From NCBI GenBank assembly GCA_963833125.1, contig CAWHWX010000012.1, forward strand, positions 64,001 through 128,000: DNA of 64,000 bases, written 5' to 3'. The notes beneath the pieces were generated by a model. That model made no database searches. It saw only the letters and a program-made list of their open reading frames with translations, and was not told where the DNA came from. Of this stretch, positions 9,878 through 20,333 are shown in pieces. The position numbers were made by a program, and so were the translations under genes. Each line of letters starts with the position of its first letter. Within the stretch, counting starts at the first letter, position 1. The stretch comes from Candidatus Bathyarchaeota archaeon (GTDB taxonomy: Archaea > Thermoproteota > Bathyarchaeia > 40CM-2-53-6).

Positions 9878-11191
9878 TTGGGTTTGAAGGAATCGCAAAT
9901 TTCGCTCCCCGTCAACGAACTCCCCACTAAATGGTATAACATTGTGCCTGACCTCCCCGTGAAACTTCCGCCCCCCAAAGAACCTGGAGATGGTGAATCA
10001 CGCTTTGAAGCCTTGGGGCGGAGGCTGGTTGGAGAATGCTTGCGACAGGAATCCTCTGATTCACGTTGGATCGACATACCTGACGGTGTCCGAGAACTCT
10101 ACATTCAGGCTGGCAGGCCACGTCCACTCTACAGAGCCTATAGACTCGAAAAGAAACTAGGCCTCAGCAAGGTTCGGATTTACTACAAAAGAGAGGATCT
10201 GAGCCCGACTGGTTCACATAAAGTAAACACAGCGTTGCCTCAAGCATACTACGCTGCGAAAGAAGGTAAGAAGGTTCTCGTGACGGAGACAGGGGCCGGA
10301 CAGTGGGGAACCGCCCTAGCTTACGCAGCATGTCTAATGGGACTCTCGACGGTCGTCTTCTGGGTTCGAGCAGTACACGAGTGGAAAAGCGCGCGTCGAG
10401 CGCTGATGCAAATGTACGGCGCAAAAGTGTTCGCCTCACCAAGCGCCGAAACAACGTTTGGCAAGCGCCTGTTGAGAGAGAATCCCAAACATCCTGGATC
10501 ACTAGGTATCGCGGTATCAGAGGGGCTTGAGTACACGGACGGGTCACCCGAGAGAGTTTACTGCCTCGGCTCCGTCCTAAACCACGTCCTCATCCATCAA
10601 TCGATCATAGGACTTGAGGCGATCAAACAGTTCGACTATGTAGATGACTCACCAGATCTAATCGTCGGTTGCTTGGGAGGAGGATCAAACTTCGGCGGCA
10701 TTGCACTCCCATTCATGGGCGAAGTACTCGCTGGCAAGAGAACATGTGAATTCCTCGCGGCCCAATCCGAAGCCGCGCCCAACCTAATCCAAGGGAAATA
10801 CCAGTACGATTACGGCGACTCGGCAGGGCATACGCCCCTACTGATGATGTACACACTTGGTCATGAGGCGGAGATGAAGCCCATACGATCCGACGGCCTC
10901 CGGTATCACGCTGCCGCCCCCATCATAAGTGCGCTGAGGCACAGTGGACACATCAGGGCGGTAGCTTACCCCGCAGATGAGGTGGCTGTATTCGCTGCTG
11001 CTAAAATCTTCCTCGAGTCCGAAGGATGGCTAATCGCAGGGGAATCCGCCCACGGAGTTCGCGCCGCGATTGATGAAGCGAAAGCAGCCGAATCTAAGGG
11101 CGAAAAGAAATGCATACTCGTTAACATCAGCGGACATGGGTTCCTAGATATGGACGCATATCGCTCAGTCCTTAAACTGGATAGCCAATAG
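9878..11191 (+). CDS. trpB2: TrpB-like PLP-dependent enzyme (tryptophan synthase beta type 2)
   Basis: WYNIVPDLP, SPTGSHKVNTA (PLP Lys), TETGAGQWG, GGGSNFGG and GLRYH motifs. Confidence 0.9.
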   Translation: MGLKESQISLPVNELPTKWYNIVPDLPVKLPPPKEPGDGESRFEALGRRLVGECLRQESSDSRWIDIPDGVRELYIQAGRPRPLYRAYRLEKKLGLSKVRIYYKREDLSPTGSHKVNTALPQAYYAAKEGKKVLVTETGAGQWGTALAYAACLMGLSTVVFWVRAVHEWKSARRALMQMYGAKVFASPSAETTFGKRLLRENPKHPGSLGIAVSEGLEYTDGSPERVYCLGSVLNHVLIHQSIIGLEAIKQFDYVDDSPDLIVGCLGGGSNFGGIALPFMGEVLAGKRTCEFLAAQSEAAPNLIQGKYQYDYGDSAGHTPLLMMYTLGHEAEMKPIRSDGLRYHAAAPIISALRHSGHIRAVAYPADEVAVFAAAKIFLESEGWLIAGESAHGVRAAIDEAKAAESKGEKKCILVNISGHGFLDMDAYRSVLKLDSQ

Positions 11192-11213
11192 CAGAGCATC
11201 TAATCGTTGACGA

Positions 11214-12110
11214 TCAGAGACCGAGCAATTTCCTAGCATTTCCCGAAAGGATCATCGTTCTCACTTCAGGCTTGAGCGGCAGTGCCTCGAAGTCCTGAAG
11301 CCATCTGCTCGGGCTTAACATCGGGTAGTCTGTCCCAAACAGAAACTTGTGAGGAATCAATTTCGACATGTAAGTTACCAAGAGTGGCTGGAAGTATTTC
11401 GGAGACCAGCCTGAGAGATCGATGTACGTATTCTCTTTGTGCATTGCGATCGCGAGTTGCTCATCCTGCCATGGCCATCCAGGATGTGCCATTATGAGCT
11501 TCAATTCAGGGAAGTCTGCCGCCACATCATCCAAGAGCATAGGATCCGAAAAACGCAGCTTCAAACCTCCACCTCCGTCCAGCCCTGCACCCCAATAGGT
11601 CGAGCCTGTGTGGAACGTAATTGGTATCTTCAGTTCGACACATTTTGAGTATATCGGGTAATATTTGCGATCGTTCGGCTCAAATGCTTGGGCTTGAGGA
11701 TGCAGCTTCAACCCTCGGAGTTTCAGTTCCGTAACGGCGTGCTCAAGATCTTTTACGGCAGACTTCTTGTGCGGGTCCACCGAAGCGAACCCTATAATCT
11801 GATCCGGGTACTGTTCAGCGATCTTTGCCACGAATTCATTCGTGACTGGTGGTCTGTGGCTTGCTGTTTCGGCGTCCCATGCGAAGAGCACAAGCTTCTC
11901 AACTCCGCAATTTGAGTACTCTTCGAGCATCCCCTCAATCGTCTTTAGTTCTATATCGTGCCCAAATTTCTTTGCCGCGGCGGCGACTTGTGCGCCGCCC
12001 GATTCTATGAGAAATTCCTTAGTTGGAGGGTGCACGTGCATGTCGATGAATCCACCCCTATTGTGCTGCAGCGCGTACACCTTTGATTGAGTCTTGAATC
12101 GACTAAGCAA
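11214..12110 (-). CDS. Amidohydrolase family 2 protein
   Basis: IDMHVH, GLKLHP, FHTG, IMAHPGWPW and FGTDYP motifs. Confidence 0.88.
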   Translation of the reverse strand: MLSRFKTQSKVYALQHNRGGFIDMHVHPPTKEFLIESGGAQVAAAAKKFGHDIELKTIEGMLEEYSNCGVEKLVLFAWDAETASHRPPVTNEFVAKIAEQYPDQIIGFASVDPHKKSAVKDLEHAVTELKLRGLKLHPQAQAFEPNDRKYYPIYSKCVELKIPITFHTGSTYWGAGLDGGGGLKLRFSDPMLLDDVAADFPELKLIMAHPGWPWQDEQLAIAMHKENTYIDLSGWSPKYFQPLLVTYMSKLIPHKFLFGTDYPMLSPSRWLQDFEALPLKPEVRTMILSGNARKLLGL

Positions 12111-12136
12111 TCATAAAAACACACAATGTGAATCTG

Positions 12137-13352
12137 TTAGGACGTTTCGATCGCTACGGGTTTGTCAGTTACCTCGCTGATCTGGTCTTCAATAGATGTC
12201 TTGTGCTTGAGGACATTCTTTGTCAGCTGGTCCATTCGTCGACGCAATTCTGAGTTATGAGCGGTGAGGGTCTCTTTCTCGCGGTGAATACTCGCTAAGG
12301 ATTGGTCCAATTGCTCCATTCTATCAAAAAGTCCAGAAGCCTTCAGCTGGCGAAGTGTTTCCTGGATATTCGCTTGAATCGCCAAATATTCTTCACGCAT
12401 TTTGTCGACGACGCCAGCCTTGAATTGTTGTATCACCTCTTCTGCTCTATGGAGCCTTCGTTCCTCGATATCTAGATCTCCGCGCGCCAGTTCATCGCTT
12501 AGTTGGTCGAGCAGTCGAGTCAAGGCAAATGTTTGTCCGCCTGCGACCGTATCTATCGTGATTATCAATCAGGCTGCGCAGCGTCCCAATATCCACGGTT
12601 TTGTTCCGGTTTGATGCGGCCTCTCGTTCGAGTTTTGTGAGGGGCTTGATTACCGGCTGGAAGAACTGCTTTATCTCGTCTCCTTTAGCTTGTAGCGAGT
12701 TCTCATAGCCTTTCAATTCAAGATATGCTTCCTCAGAAGCAACGTTCTCCTTAGCTGCCTGTATTTCCTTCTCTTTGCCTTTCAATTCTTCAAGAGAGTT
12801 AGTCTGTTCGTTCTCCTCGGCTCTGAGTTTCCGGAGTTCACTGTGCATCTGTGGTAGGAGTTGCGCATCTTTTTGCAGCAGCTCGAATTTATTTCCTGGG
12901 GATTCATCAAGCGCTTTACCCAATGAGCGAACGGCTGATTCCATCCTCCCTAGGGCAACATTAAGTGCCGCCATTTCAACTCGTAGTCCACGGCGGAGTT
13001 TGGGAAGGTACTTGCGAACGGTCTTTATGATTTTATTAAGCGCCTCAACAGAGTCATCGTGAAACTTCTCTAAGTCTTGGTAGCTTGTCGAGGTTTGTTG
13101 TCGAGAAAGATTCTTGGATGTTTCCTGGATCGTTTGTGCCATACGGGTTCCGTAATCTGAGGCGGACTTATCCATCGTTCCCCATGCGTTCCGAACAGCC
13201 GCCTCTAACCTAGACGCTGCGCTTTCAAGGCTATTGCACGCCTCCTTCACAGCCCTGGTTCTTTCGGCAAACCGTTTCTCATGTTCATTCATTACTTTGC
13301 GTTCTAACGATTGACAGAAATTAGGCAGGTCATCGACGCCAATATCCGTCAA
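12137..13352 (-). CDS. Long coiled-coil hypothetical protein (frameshift near 12575)
   Basis: ORFs 12492-13352 and 12137-12568 overlap in different frames; both are heptad-rich in E/K/Q/R/L. Confidence 0.6.
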
Positions 13353-13354
13353 TC

Positions 13355-14272
13355 CTATCCCGCCACTCGATTGTCCGTGTTTCCCGAAGTCGACGAATCC
13401 TCTTTCTGAGCGTCCTGACTTTGGATCCTAAGTCGGTCTAGAGAGGCCTCTACTGCTTGGCGAATTTGTTCGCAGACGCTTCTTCTAATCTCCAATCCAT
13501 CGTCTACCGTACTTTCTTTCAATTTCGCCAACTGCTGCCTTAACTCCGCTTCTTGCACGCTGACCTGTTTTCGTTTTTCCTGATAGTTAGATCTCAAGCC
13601 GTCCAGTTGTAGTTTGAGTTTCTCTTCCTTACCATGTAGGGCGCTTTTTTTCGATTGAAGCGAATGCGAGCTACCTTCAATTTTGACTTTCGACCTGCCG
13701 AGGATCCTGTCGAGCACGGTAGGCTTCTTGCGGAGCAGCTTCAGCCTTTCTGCATCGAGGGCATCAATCTCGCCGCGAATCTTATCTATGGATCTCTCAT
13801 ACCCTCTTCTCGCTTCATGTGTCCGGTTCCTTTGCTCTCTTTCCAGATCAGAAATTTCAACATCATATATCGACAACTGCTTTTGTAAATCCGTGACTTG
13901 AGTAGAGAGGGCCATCTCTCCCTCGATTCTCTTTGTGAGTTCGTTTCGTATATTCGTCATCAGCGTTGTTATCGTGGCCTCGTATTGCTTGTCCGCTGCA
14001 TCAGGTATGGAATCCTTGAAGTCGGCCAAGACACTCTCTATATCCTTCAACCAACGCTGGAAATGCTCGTAGAACGGAGGTAGGGCGAAGCGTTGGTTTC
14101 CTAAATGATCGAGCGCGTTCGTTATTCTTGATGAGACATCATGAGGGTTTACCGGGATTACTTCTTGATAGGGGAATGCGTTTTCTGGTCTAGTTCTTTC
14201 TTCTTTGAGGGCGGGTTTCTTCGTCGATGCTCTACGAGAGCGCATGCCGCGAGTACGTGGTTCGTAGCTCAT
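13355..14272 (-). CDS. Coiled-coil hypothetical protein
   Basis: 305-aa ORF, heptad-rich, 2 bp from the next gene. Confidence 0.7.
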   Translation of the reverse strand: MSYEPRTRGMRSRRASTKKPALKEERTRPENAFPYQEVIPVNPHDVSSRITNALDHLGNQRFALPPFYEHFQRWLKDIESVLADFKDSIPDAADKQYEATITTLMTNIRNELTKRIEGEMALSTQVTDLQKQLSIYDVEISDLEREQRNRTHEARRGYERSIDKIRGEIDALDAERLKLLRKKPTVLDRILGRSKVKIEGSSHSLQSKKSALHGKEEKLKLQLDGLRSNYQEKRKQVSVQEAELRQQLAKLKESTVDDGLEIRRSVCEQIRQAVEASLDRLRIQSQDAQKEDSSTSGNTDNRVAG

Positions 14273-14323
14273 GGTTGGTCCGTTCGATTTTCTCTGTATA
14301 TATGTAAAGCGTGAGTCGGCGTT

Positions 14324-14873
14324 CTAGTGGCTCTCAGGGCTCCTTAGCCAATAGTGGCGTATCGTTAAACCTGCGACTATTCCGCCTGCGTGGGCCAGAA
14401 AACCGCCACCCGCGAAGACATTCAATCCGATGAATAAGATCATACCGACGAGTCCCTTCCAGCCTCCCGCTGCCGCAAGCAGTCCAAATATTGCCCCGGA
14501 GGCACCCACGCCTATCGCGTTGCCTCCAAGAAAGAGGAACGCAATATTCCCAGCCAGTCCACTTGCGAAATATGTAACTAACCATTTCTTTCTTGAGACT
14601 TGCTCCTCGAGAGAGGTTCCGAAGATTAGGAGAAACAGTACGTTTCCACCGAGGTGTGAAGGGTTCGCGTGAAGGAATAACGATGTGAACAGCATCCACA
14701 CTGCGCCTTGCCAAACAGCTGAATTTACTTGAGCAAGCGGGTAGAACACATCGTAATTAAGGGAAAGCAAGTTGCCGCCAACAATCCCCGTAATCAAATA
14801 AACAACAATCAGCGACGCCTGACATTAGCACTGACGGAGAATCTCTGATTCTAGAATTTCGCTGCTCCGCCAT
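14324..14873 (-). CDS. Rhomboid family intramembrane serine protease (probable 5' frameshift)
   Basis: FLHANPSHLGGN, GASG catalytic Ser motif and AHAGG catalytic His. The ATG at 14873 is in another frame. Confidence 0.85.
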
Positions 14874-14924
14874 ACTCAAGCGTCCTCTTGGGTGAATTCG
14901 TTGCTTTTCAGCCCGATTTAATAA

Positions 14925-15825
14925 GTGACTCTCCCTCACCAGCAGCTTGTGACAGTCTCATCGACGCGAGCGTTTCAAATTGGCGAAAGAATTGCGAGAC
15001 TCTCAGTCCTAACCCTCCTGGCGATAGGCGTTGTAGAATTAATTGTTGGGTTTTGGACTCGCAGTCTGGGGTTGAAAGCTGATGGCGTCGATTCACTTTC
15101 TGATTCCGTTGTATCCCTAATTGTATGGGTTGGTTTGCACTATTCTAGGCGTAGGCCTGACGCACGTTTTCATTTCGGATACCATAAGGTGGAGAGCCTA
15201 TCCCGCGCTCGTCGTGTCGTTCGCAACGGTTGGGGTAGCGATGTATATTATGTATAATGCCTACCGTACCTTCCTGAACCCGAACACGATCGCATATCCA
15301 ACTCTGGCCCTCGCGACGTTGGCCGTGTGCGGTTCCATCTCTGCATACCGAGCTTTTCAAATGAGAGCCATAGCGAAAAAGTATGGGCTGCTCTCTCTCA
15401 GGACGGACGCAAACAATTCGATCAAGGATGCTACCGGAACCCTGGTGGTCTTCGTGAGCATAATCGGAGCTTCACTGGGGATTCATGTCCTCGACGCCGT
15501 CGGTGGTATGATCATCGCAATTTACATTCTCGGCGTCGCCTACGTCGCAATTCGAGAATCATCACTGATTTTGCTGGACGCCTGTGAAAGCCCGGAGCTC
15601 AGTGCGGTGTTGGCTGGGGCATTGAAAACCGTTGAAGGTATAGAGGAGGTTGGGAATATCAGGATGCGGCCGTCTGGCCCCTACATTACGGGGATCATAT
15701 CCGTCCTTGTTGACGGGCGAAGAACAATCGATGAGACAGAGCAACTACGTCGCAAGGTTTTGGAAGTAGTGTCAGCAATAGTTGATCCAGTGGGAGAAAT
15801 ATCGATCGTGTTCAGGCCAAAGTGA
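14925..15825 (+). CDS. Cation diffusion facilitator family transporter (frameshift near 15200)
   Basis: ADGVDSLSD and FHFGYHKVESL in ORF 14925-15257; the remaining TMs and the ZT dimer domain (RMRPSGP) are in ORF 15121-15825. Confidence 0.82.
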
Positions 15826-15850
15826 GTAGAATAGGAGGTTTACTACGTGC

Positions 15851-16474
15851 TCATAGTCGGTCCACGTTGTCATACCAAGCAGTCAGTTTCTCGAACTTGT
15901 CAGGAAACTGGTTGCCTGAGTATGGAAGTGGTGTGACCGCTCCAAAAGCTGCGAAGTCTGCAAGGCTAGGTTTCTCGTCAATCAAGAATCTATGGTCCGT
16001 CAGCATTTCCTCAAGAATTTGAAAGTGGTTTTCCATCTGGATCTTCAGCTCGGGTCTCCTAGCTTGGAGCAGTTCTAACGAGCCACGTTTTGTTTCTTGG
16101 AGCTCGACGAAGACCCATCTTTCAACGTCATCTTTGAAGGTTTTCGGAAAATCAGGGACGGCGTACTGCCAAACAACATCCTCGAGGCGGTAGTGAGCCC
16201 AATTCTCGATCGCTTTCGCCTCGCCCCTTGTATGGTTCGGGTAAATGCTTGGCTCTGGAACCATTACCTCTAAGAAATCAGGAATTTCAGCGTAAGTTAT
16301 GATCTGATTACCGTCAACAAGGGCGGGGACATAATCTTGTCCGGTAGCTTTGAGTAATTCTCTTTTGTCGTGGGCTCCTACCGAGTTGATTTTGTACTTG
16401 ATCTTTTTGTAATCCATTATTTTTCGAGCTTTGACACACCAGTGACTCCAGGGTTCTTGGAATAGTGTGAGCAT
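15851..16474 (-). CDS. Glutathione S-transferase family protein
   Basis: MLTLFQEPWSHWCVKAR thioredoxin-like N-domain, GQDYVPALVD cis-Pro loop and PSLADFAAFG C-domain motif. Confidence 0.75.
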   Translation of the reverse strand: MLTLFQEPWSHWCVKARKIMDYKKIKYKINSVGAHDKRELLKATGQDYVPALVDGNQIITYAEIPDFLEVMVPEPSIYPNHTRGEAKAIENWAHYRLEDVVWQYAVPDFPKTFKDDVERWVFVELQETKRGSLELLQARRPELKIQMENHFQILEEMLTDHRFLIDEKPSLADFAAFGAVTPLPYSGNQFPDKFEKLTAWYDNVDRL

Positions 16475-17199
16475 AAGACGGCTATCCTTCGATCTTCTCG
16501 ACAAGCAAGCATCTTGCCGAGAGTGGTTAAGATGACTTTGGTCTTTCCTCTGGAATGTCTCGTGGCTCTCGCGAGGCCTAGGTCAATTAAGCCACGGGCG
16601 TCTTCCGATCCGTGGATGTGGTAGCTCAAAAGCGGTTTCCCGTAATTGGTCAGCTTGCTAAGTTCGTCTAGGCTGTCAACCTCTCCACCTGCCTTATCCA
16701 ACGCTCGGAGTATGCTCATCTTCACCTCCGATACCATTTCTGTATAGCTTAGCTTCATTGGTGGAAGCATCACGCATTCATCTCCTTTGCAGAAGAATGC
16801 CTTGAAGCCTAGGATGAATGAGGTGACGGCTGCCGCGATGCAAATCATCTTGTCTCCTCCGCTGACGTTCAGCAGAAAGTCTTCGTAATTGTCGCGGTTT
16901 TTCTCGACGATCTCTGAAAATACTTGCATGATATCCTTGTATGAGTGTTCGGGTCTAATCTTATCGTGTACCTCCACTTCTGTCTTGAGCGTTTCACTGA
17001 TAGTCGTAGCGAGGCGTTTAGCAACCTCTTTGTCACGCTCATAACACAAGAGAACTAGTTTGTTCGCAGGCGCGTTTCTCACTCCTGAAAGGACTCCATC
17101 AGAATCGTCACCTACAGTTGCAATCTGCAATGTCTTCCGGAACGTCTCCTCTCCGTCATCCTCGGATTTCTTGGTTTGTCGAGTAGTAGCAGTCGGCAT
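16417..17199 (-). CDS. CARF/DUF6293-like domain plus winged-HTH transcriptional regulator (Csa3/HFX_2341-like)
   Basis: IATVG...LLNVSGGDK Rossmann-like N-domain; SLDELSKLTNYGKPLLSYHI...LTTLG wHTH. True stop is probably near 16482 after a 1-nt indel. Confidence 0.7.
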   Translation of the reverse strand: MPTATTRQTKKSEDDGEETFRKTLQIATVGDDSDGVLSGVRNAPANKLVLLCYERDKEVAKRLATTISETLKTEVEVHDKIRPEHSYKDIMQVFSEIVEKNRDNYEDFLLNVSGGDKMICIAAAVTSFILGFKAFFCKGDECVMLPPMKLSYTEMVSEVKMSILRALDKAGGEVDSLDELSKLTNYGKPLLSYHIHGSEDARGLIDLGLARATRHSRGKTKVILTTLGKMLACREDRRIAVLCSHYSKNPGVTGVSKLEK

Positions 17200-17371
17200 A
17201 ATGGACTCCCTAACCCTTCATTTACGAACCAGAATATGGCGACAAGTAAAGTCTGCCGGTCGAGAGAGTCACGGGTCAATCTGTCTCTCAGCTATCCGAA
17301 GACCGCGACGTACCGTGCCGCGTGAAAATGCTTCTTAACTGAGCCCGCCAGTATTCCACACAGGACGAACG

Positions 17372-18187
17372 TTGTCGCTTAGGATAGGCTGCAGTGGTTG
17401 GTCGTACGCGGATTGGGTGGGGCCGTTTTACCCCAAAGAGACTGAGGCGAATCAATACCTAAGTCTCTATTCAAGAGTATTCGACTGCGTGGAGATAGAT
17501 TCCACATTCTACCGCGCCCCGACACCCAGCATGGTCCAGCAATGGTACACCAACACTCCGAACGGATTCATATTCGCACCCAAACTCCCAAAACGAATAA
17601 CGCATGACCAGCATTTGGAGGACGTTTCATCCTACCTATCACATTTCACAAGAACACTGGAACAGCTTCAAGAAAAACTAGGGCCATTTATCATACAACT
17701 TCCACCTTCATTCAAACTTTCCAAACATGAAAAGGCCCTAACGAACTTCATAGCAGAACTCAATCCGAAATCGAGGTATGCGATAGAGTTTCGACACAAG
17801 TCGTGGTTTAACCCGGACACGCAGAAGCTACTTGAGAATAACAATATCTGCCAAGTCTGGTCCGTTAACCAATACCTCACAACTCCTCCAACCGTCACCT
17901 CTGACATAGTTTACCTTCGTCTCGTTGGAGACCGGGCTTTGACAGAGTTCAAAGAGAAGCAAAGGGATCAGACCGAAATAATGCAAACGTGGAAGAAAGC
18001 CCTAGATGAGGTAGGCGACTCGGTGAAGGATCGCTTCATTTTCTTCAACAACCACTTCGCCGGTTTCGGTCCAGCCTCCGTTAACGAATTCAGGCGCTTG
18101 ATGGGATTGGTGGAGTTGGACTGGTCGAGCCTGACGGGCGGCTCTAAGACGCAGAGGACACTCTTCGACTTCGCAAACGGAGGCTAA
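17372..18187 (+). CDS. DUF72 (YecE-like) TIM-barrel protein
   Basis: IGCSGWSYADW.G.FYP, VEIDSTFY, QLPPSF, EFRHKSW and FFNNH motifs. Confidence 0.9.
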   Translation: MSLRIGCSGWSYADWVGPFYPKETEANQYLSLYSRVFDCVEIDSTFYRAPTPSMVQQWYTNTPNGFIFAPKLPKRITHDQHLEDVSSYLSHFTRTLEQLQEKLGPFIIQLPPSFKLSKHEKALTNFIAELNPKSRYAIEFRHKSWFNPDTQKLLENNNICQVWSVNQYLTTPPTVTSDIVYLRLVGDRALTEFKEKQRDQTEIMQTWKKALDEVGDSVKDRFIFFNNHFAGFGPASVNEFRRLMGLVELDWSSLTGGSKTQRTLFDFANGG

Positions 18188-18198
18188 CAGCGCTGGCG

Positions 18199-19305
18199 TT
18201 GACACGTGTCATTTTCCACGTTGACCTAGACGCATTCTACGCCTCTGTCGAACAGAGAGAGAATCCCGCGCTACGCGACGTTCCTCTTATCATTGGTGCA
18301 GATCCGAAGAAGGGAAAGGGGAGAGGTGTGGTTGTTGCGTGCTCTTATGAGGCGAGAAAACGAGGGCTCCACTCTGGGCAGCCAATCTCGAGCGCATATC
18401 GGCTCTGTCCCGAGGGCGTGTATGTTCGACCAAATCTCGCGTTATACGGTCAAGTCTCTGCTGATGTCATGGATCGAATCAGGAAATATGCTGACAGGTT
18501 TGAGCAAGTAAGTATAGACGAGGCGTTCCTAGATGTTTCCAAGCGATCCCAAACCTCCGGCGGACCAATTGCTCTGGCGAAACAAATCAAGACTGAACTC
18601 AGCGAAAAAGAACGACTAACCTGTTCTATCGGAATAGCTCCAAACAAGTCCGCCGCCAAAATCGCCTCAGATTACCAGAAACCAGACGGACTTACGAACA
18701 TTGAGCCCGAACGAGTAAAGGAATTCCTCGCACCGCTTGCGGTCTCAAAGATTTCAGGAATAGGAAAGAAGACCGAGGCACGACTCAACGAGCTTGGAAT
18801 CAAAACAATCGGTGACCTAGCCAAATATTCGCCGCGGTCCCTCTACAAGCAGTTCGGGAAGTCAGCAGTCTGGCTCTGGGCGATAGCGAACGCCGAAGAG
18901 CGTGTCGAAGTCCAAGAGAATTACGAGATGAAGTCGATTGGTGGAGAACATACCTTCGAGGTCGATACGAACGATTGGTTGACCGTGAATGAGCAATTGG
19001 TTAACCTGGTCGATTATGTTCACAAGCGTTTGATCGAAGCGAACATGACTTTTCGCACGGTGGGATTGAAGATACGTTTCACGGGGTTTGAAACATATAC
19101 ACGAGAGAAGACTTTGCGATTCTCAACCGCCGACAAACAGTCAATCCTAAGCACAATTCAAGAACTTCTTGAAGAATTCAGAGGCCGCCCCAAGAAGGTA
19201 CGACTGGTTGGAGTAAGACTAACTGGTCTCACCGAAACGCCAGCGAAATCTACAACGAAAGCAACGTTAGATACATTCGTGTCCCCAGGCGCTAGGAAGC
19301 TGTGA
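18199..19305 (+). CDS. dinB: DNA polymerase IV (Y family)
   Basis: FHVDLDAFYASVE, CSYEAR, SIDEAFLD and AKIASDYQKPDG motifs. Confidence 0.93.
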   Translation: MTRVIFHVDLDAFYASVEQRENPALRDVPLIIGADPKKGKGRGVVVACSYEARKRGLHSGQPISSAYRLCPEGVYVRPNLALYGQVSADVMDRIRKYADRFEQVSIDEAFLDVSKRSQTSGGPIALAKQIKTELSEKERLTCSIGIAPNKSAAKIASDYQKPDGLTNIEPERVKEFLAPLAVSKISGIGKKTEARLNELGIKTIGDLAKYSPRSLYKQFGKSAVWLWAIANAEERVEVQENYEMKSIGGEHTFEVDTNDWLTVNEQLVNLVDYVHKRLIEANMTFRTVGLKIRFTGFETYTREKTLRFSTADKQSILSTIQELLEEFRGRPKKVRLVGVRLTGLTETPAKSTTKATLDTFVSPGARKL

Positions 19306-20197
19306 CGAGTTCCGGCACCAATCCAATCATGATTGACCTTAGAGCTGCAATTTCTTCGGTGTTCATTTGGCGTAATGGCGGCCTAACATTCCCTGATTTC
19401 AGCCCTCGCATCTTCAAGACCTCTAGGAGAGGGGTAAGAGGAGGACTGCTCATGGCGGCGCGCAGGGAGTGAATCTTCTTTTGCAGTCTTCCTCCCTTCG
19501 TAAGGTCGCTCGCCTTGTAGGCCTCATACATCTCCACAAAGAGTTCCGGAAATGGATTGGCGGTTGCCGAGACGCCAGCGTTCACCCCCGCACATAGTGC
19601 TGAGAATAGGTAAGAGTCGGTTCCATTTATCACAGAGAACCCTTGCGGCGCGGCTCCCAAATAGTCCAGCAACTGTACGAAGTCACGGCTACTGTCCTTG
19701 ATTCCCACGATATTTGGAATACGACTAAGTTGAACAAGCAGCTTAGCGTCGACATTATTTCCAGTGTTGCTAGGAATATTATACACTAAGACTGGCAGCT
19801 TCGTTGACGCAGCCAGACGCTTGTAATGTTCTATGGTTGCATCATTTCCAGGATGATAATAGAATGGCGTCAAGGAGGCTATGGCGTCGGCCCCACAGTT
19901 CTCTGCATGTCTCGCCAAATCAATGCTCACGGTAGGATCGGCTGCGCCTACCTGAACAATAACGGGGACTCTGCGCTGCGCCTCCTTCACCACAATCTCC
20001 GCAACCCGCTTCCTTTCCTCCGTTTCCATCGCCGGTCCCATACCGGTCGTACCGAGCGGGAACAAGCCGTTAACGCCACTCTTGATTTGGAATTGGACGA
20101 GCTGGCGAATAGCCTCCTCATCGACTTGACCATTATTCGAAAAAGGCGTAACTAAGGCGGTAATGATTCCGTGTAATCGCAAATCTCTCTGCATCAT
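19292..20197 (-). CDS. DapA/KDG-aldolase family class I aldolase
   Basis: ALVTPF, GTTG, YNIP and GIKDS (Schiff-base Lys) motifs. Confidence 0.85.
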   Translation of the reverse strand: MMQRDLRLHGIITALVTPFSNNGQVDEEAIRQLVQFQIKSGVNGLFPLGTTGMGPAMETEERKRVAEIVVKEAQRRVPVIVQVGAADPTVSIDLARHAENCGADAIASLTPFYYHPGNDATIEHYKRLAASTKLPVLVYNIPSNTGNNVDAKLLVQLSRIPNIVGIKDSSRDFVQLLDYLGAAPQGFSVINGTDSYLFSALCAGVNAGVSATANPFPELFVEMYEAYKASDLTKGGRLQKKIHSLRAAMSSPPLTPLLEVLKMRGLKSGNVRPPLRQMNTEEIAALRSIMIGLVPELVTAS

Positions 20198-20333
20198 GAG
20201 TCTCTTGCACCGAGGATGGGAAGTTCAGGCCTAGCTCATGAGTACAGTCATATAATCCCATACGCAGCCTAGTCGGTTTTCCCAAATCGACGAGTATCCG
20301 CGTGTGCGGAATCGTCGACTTTTTTTGGTGAGA

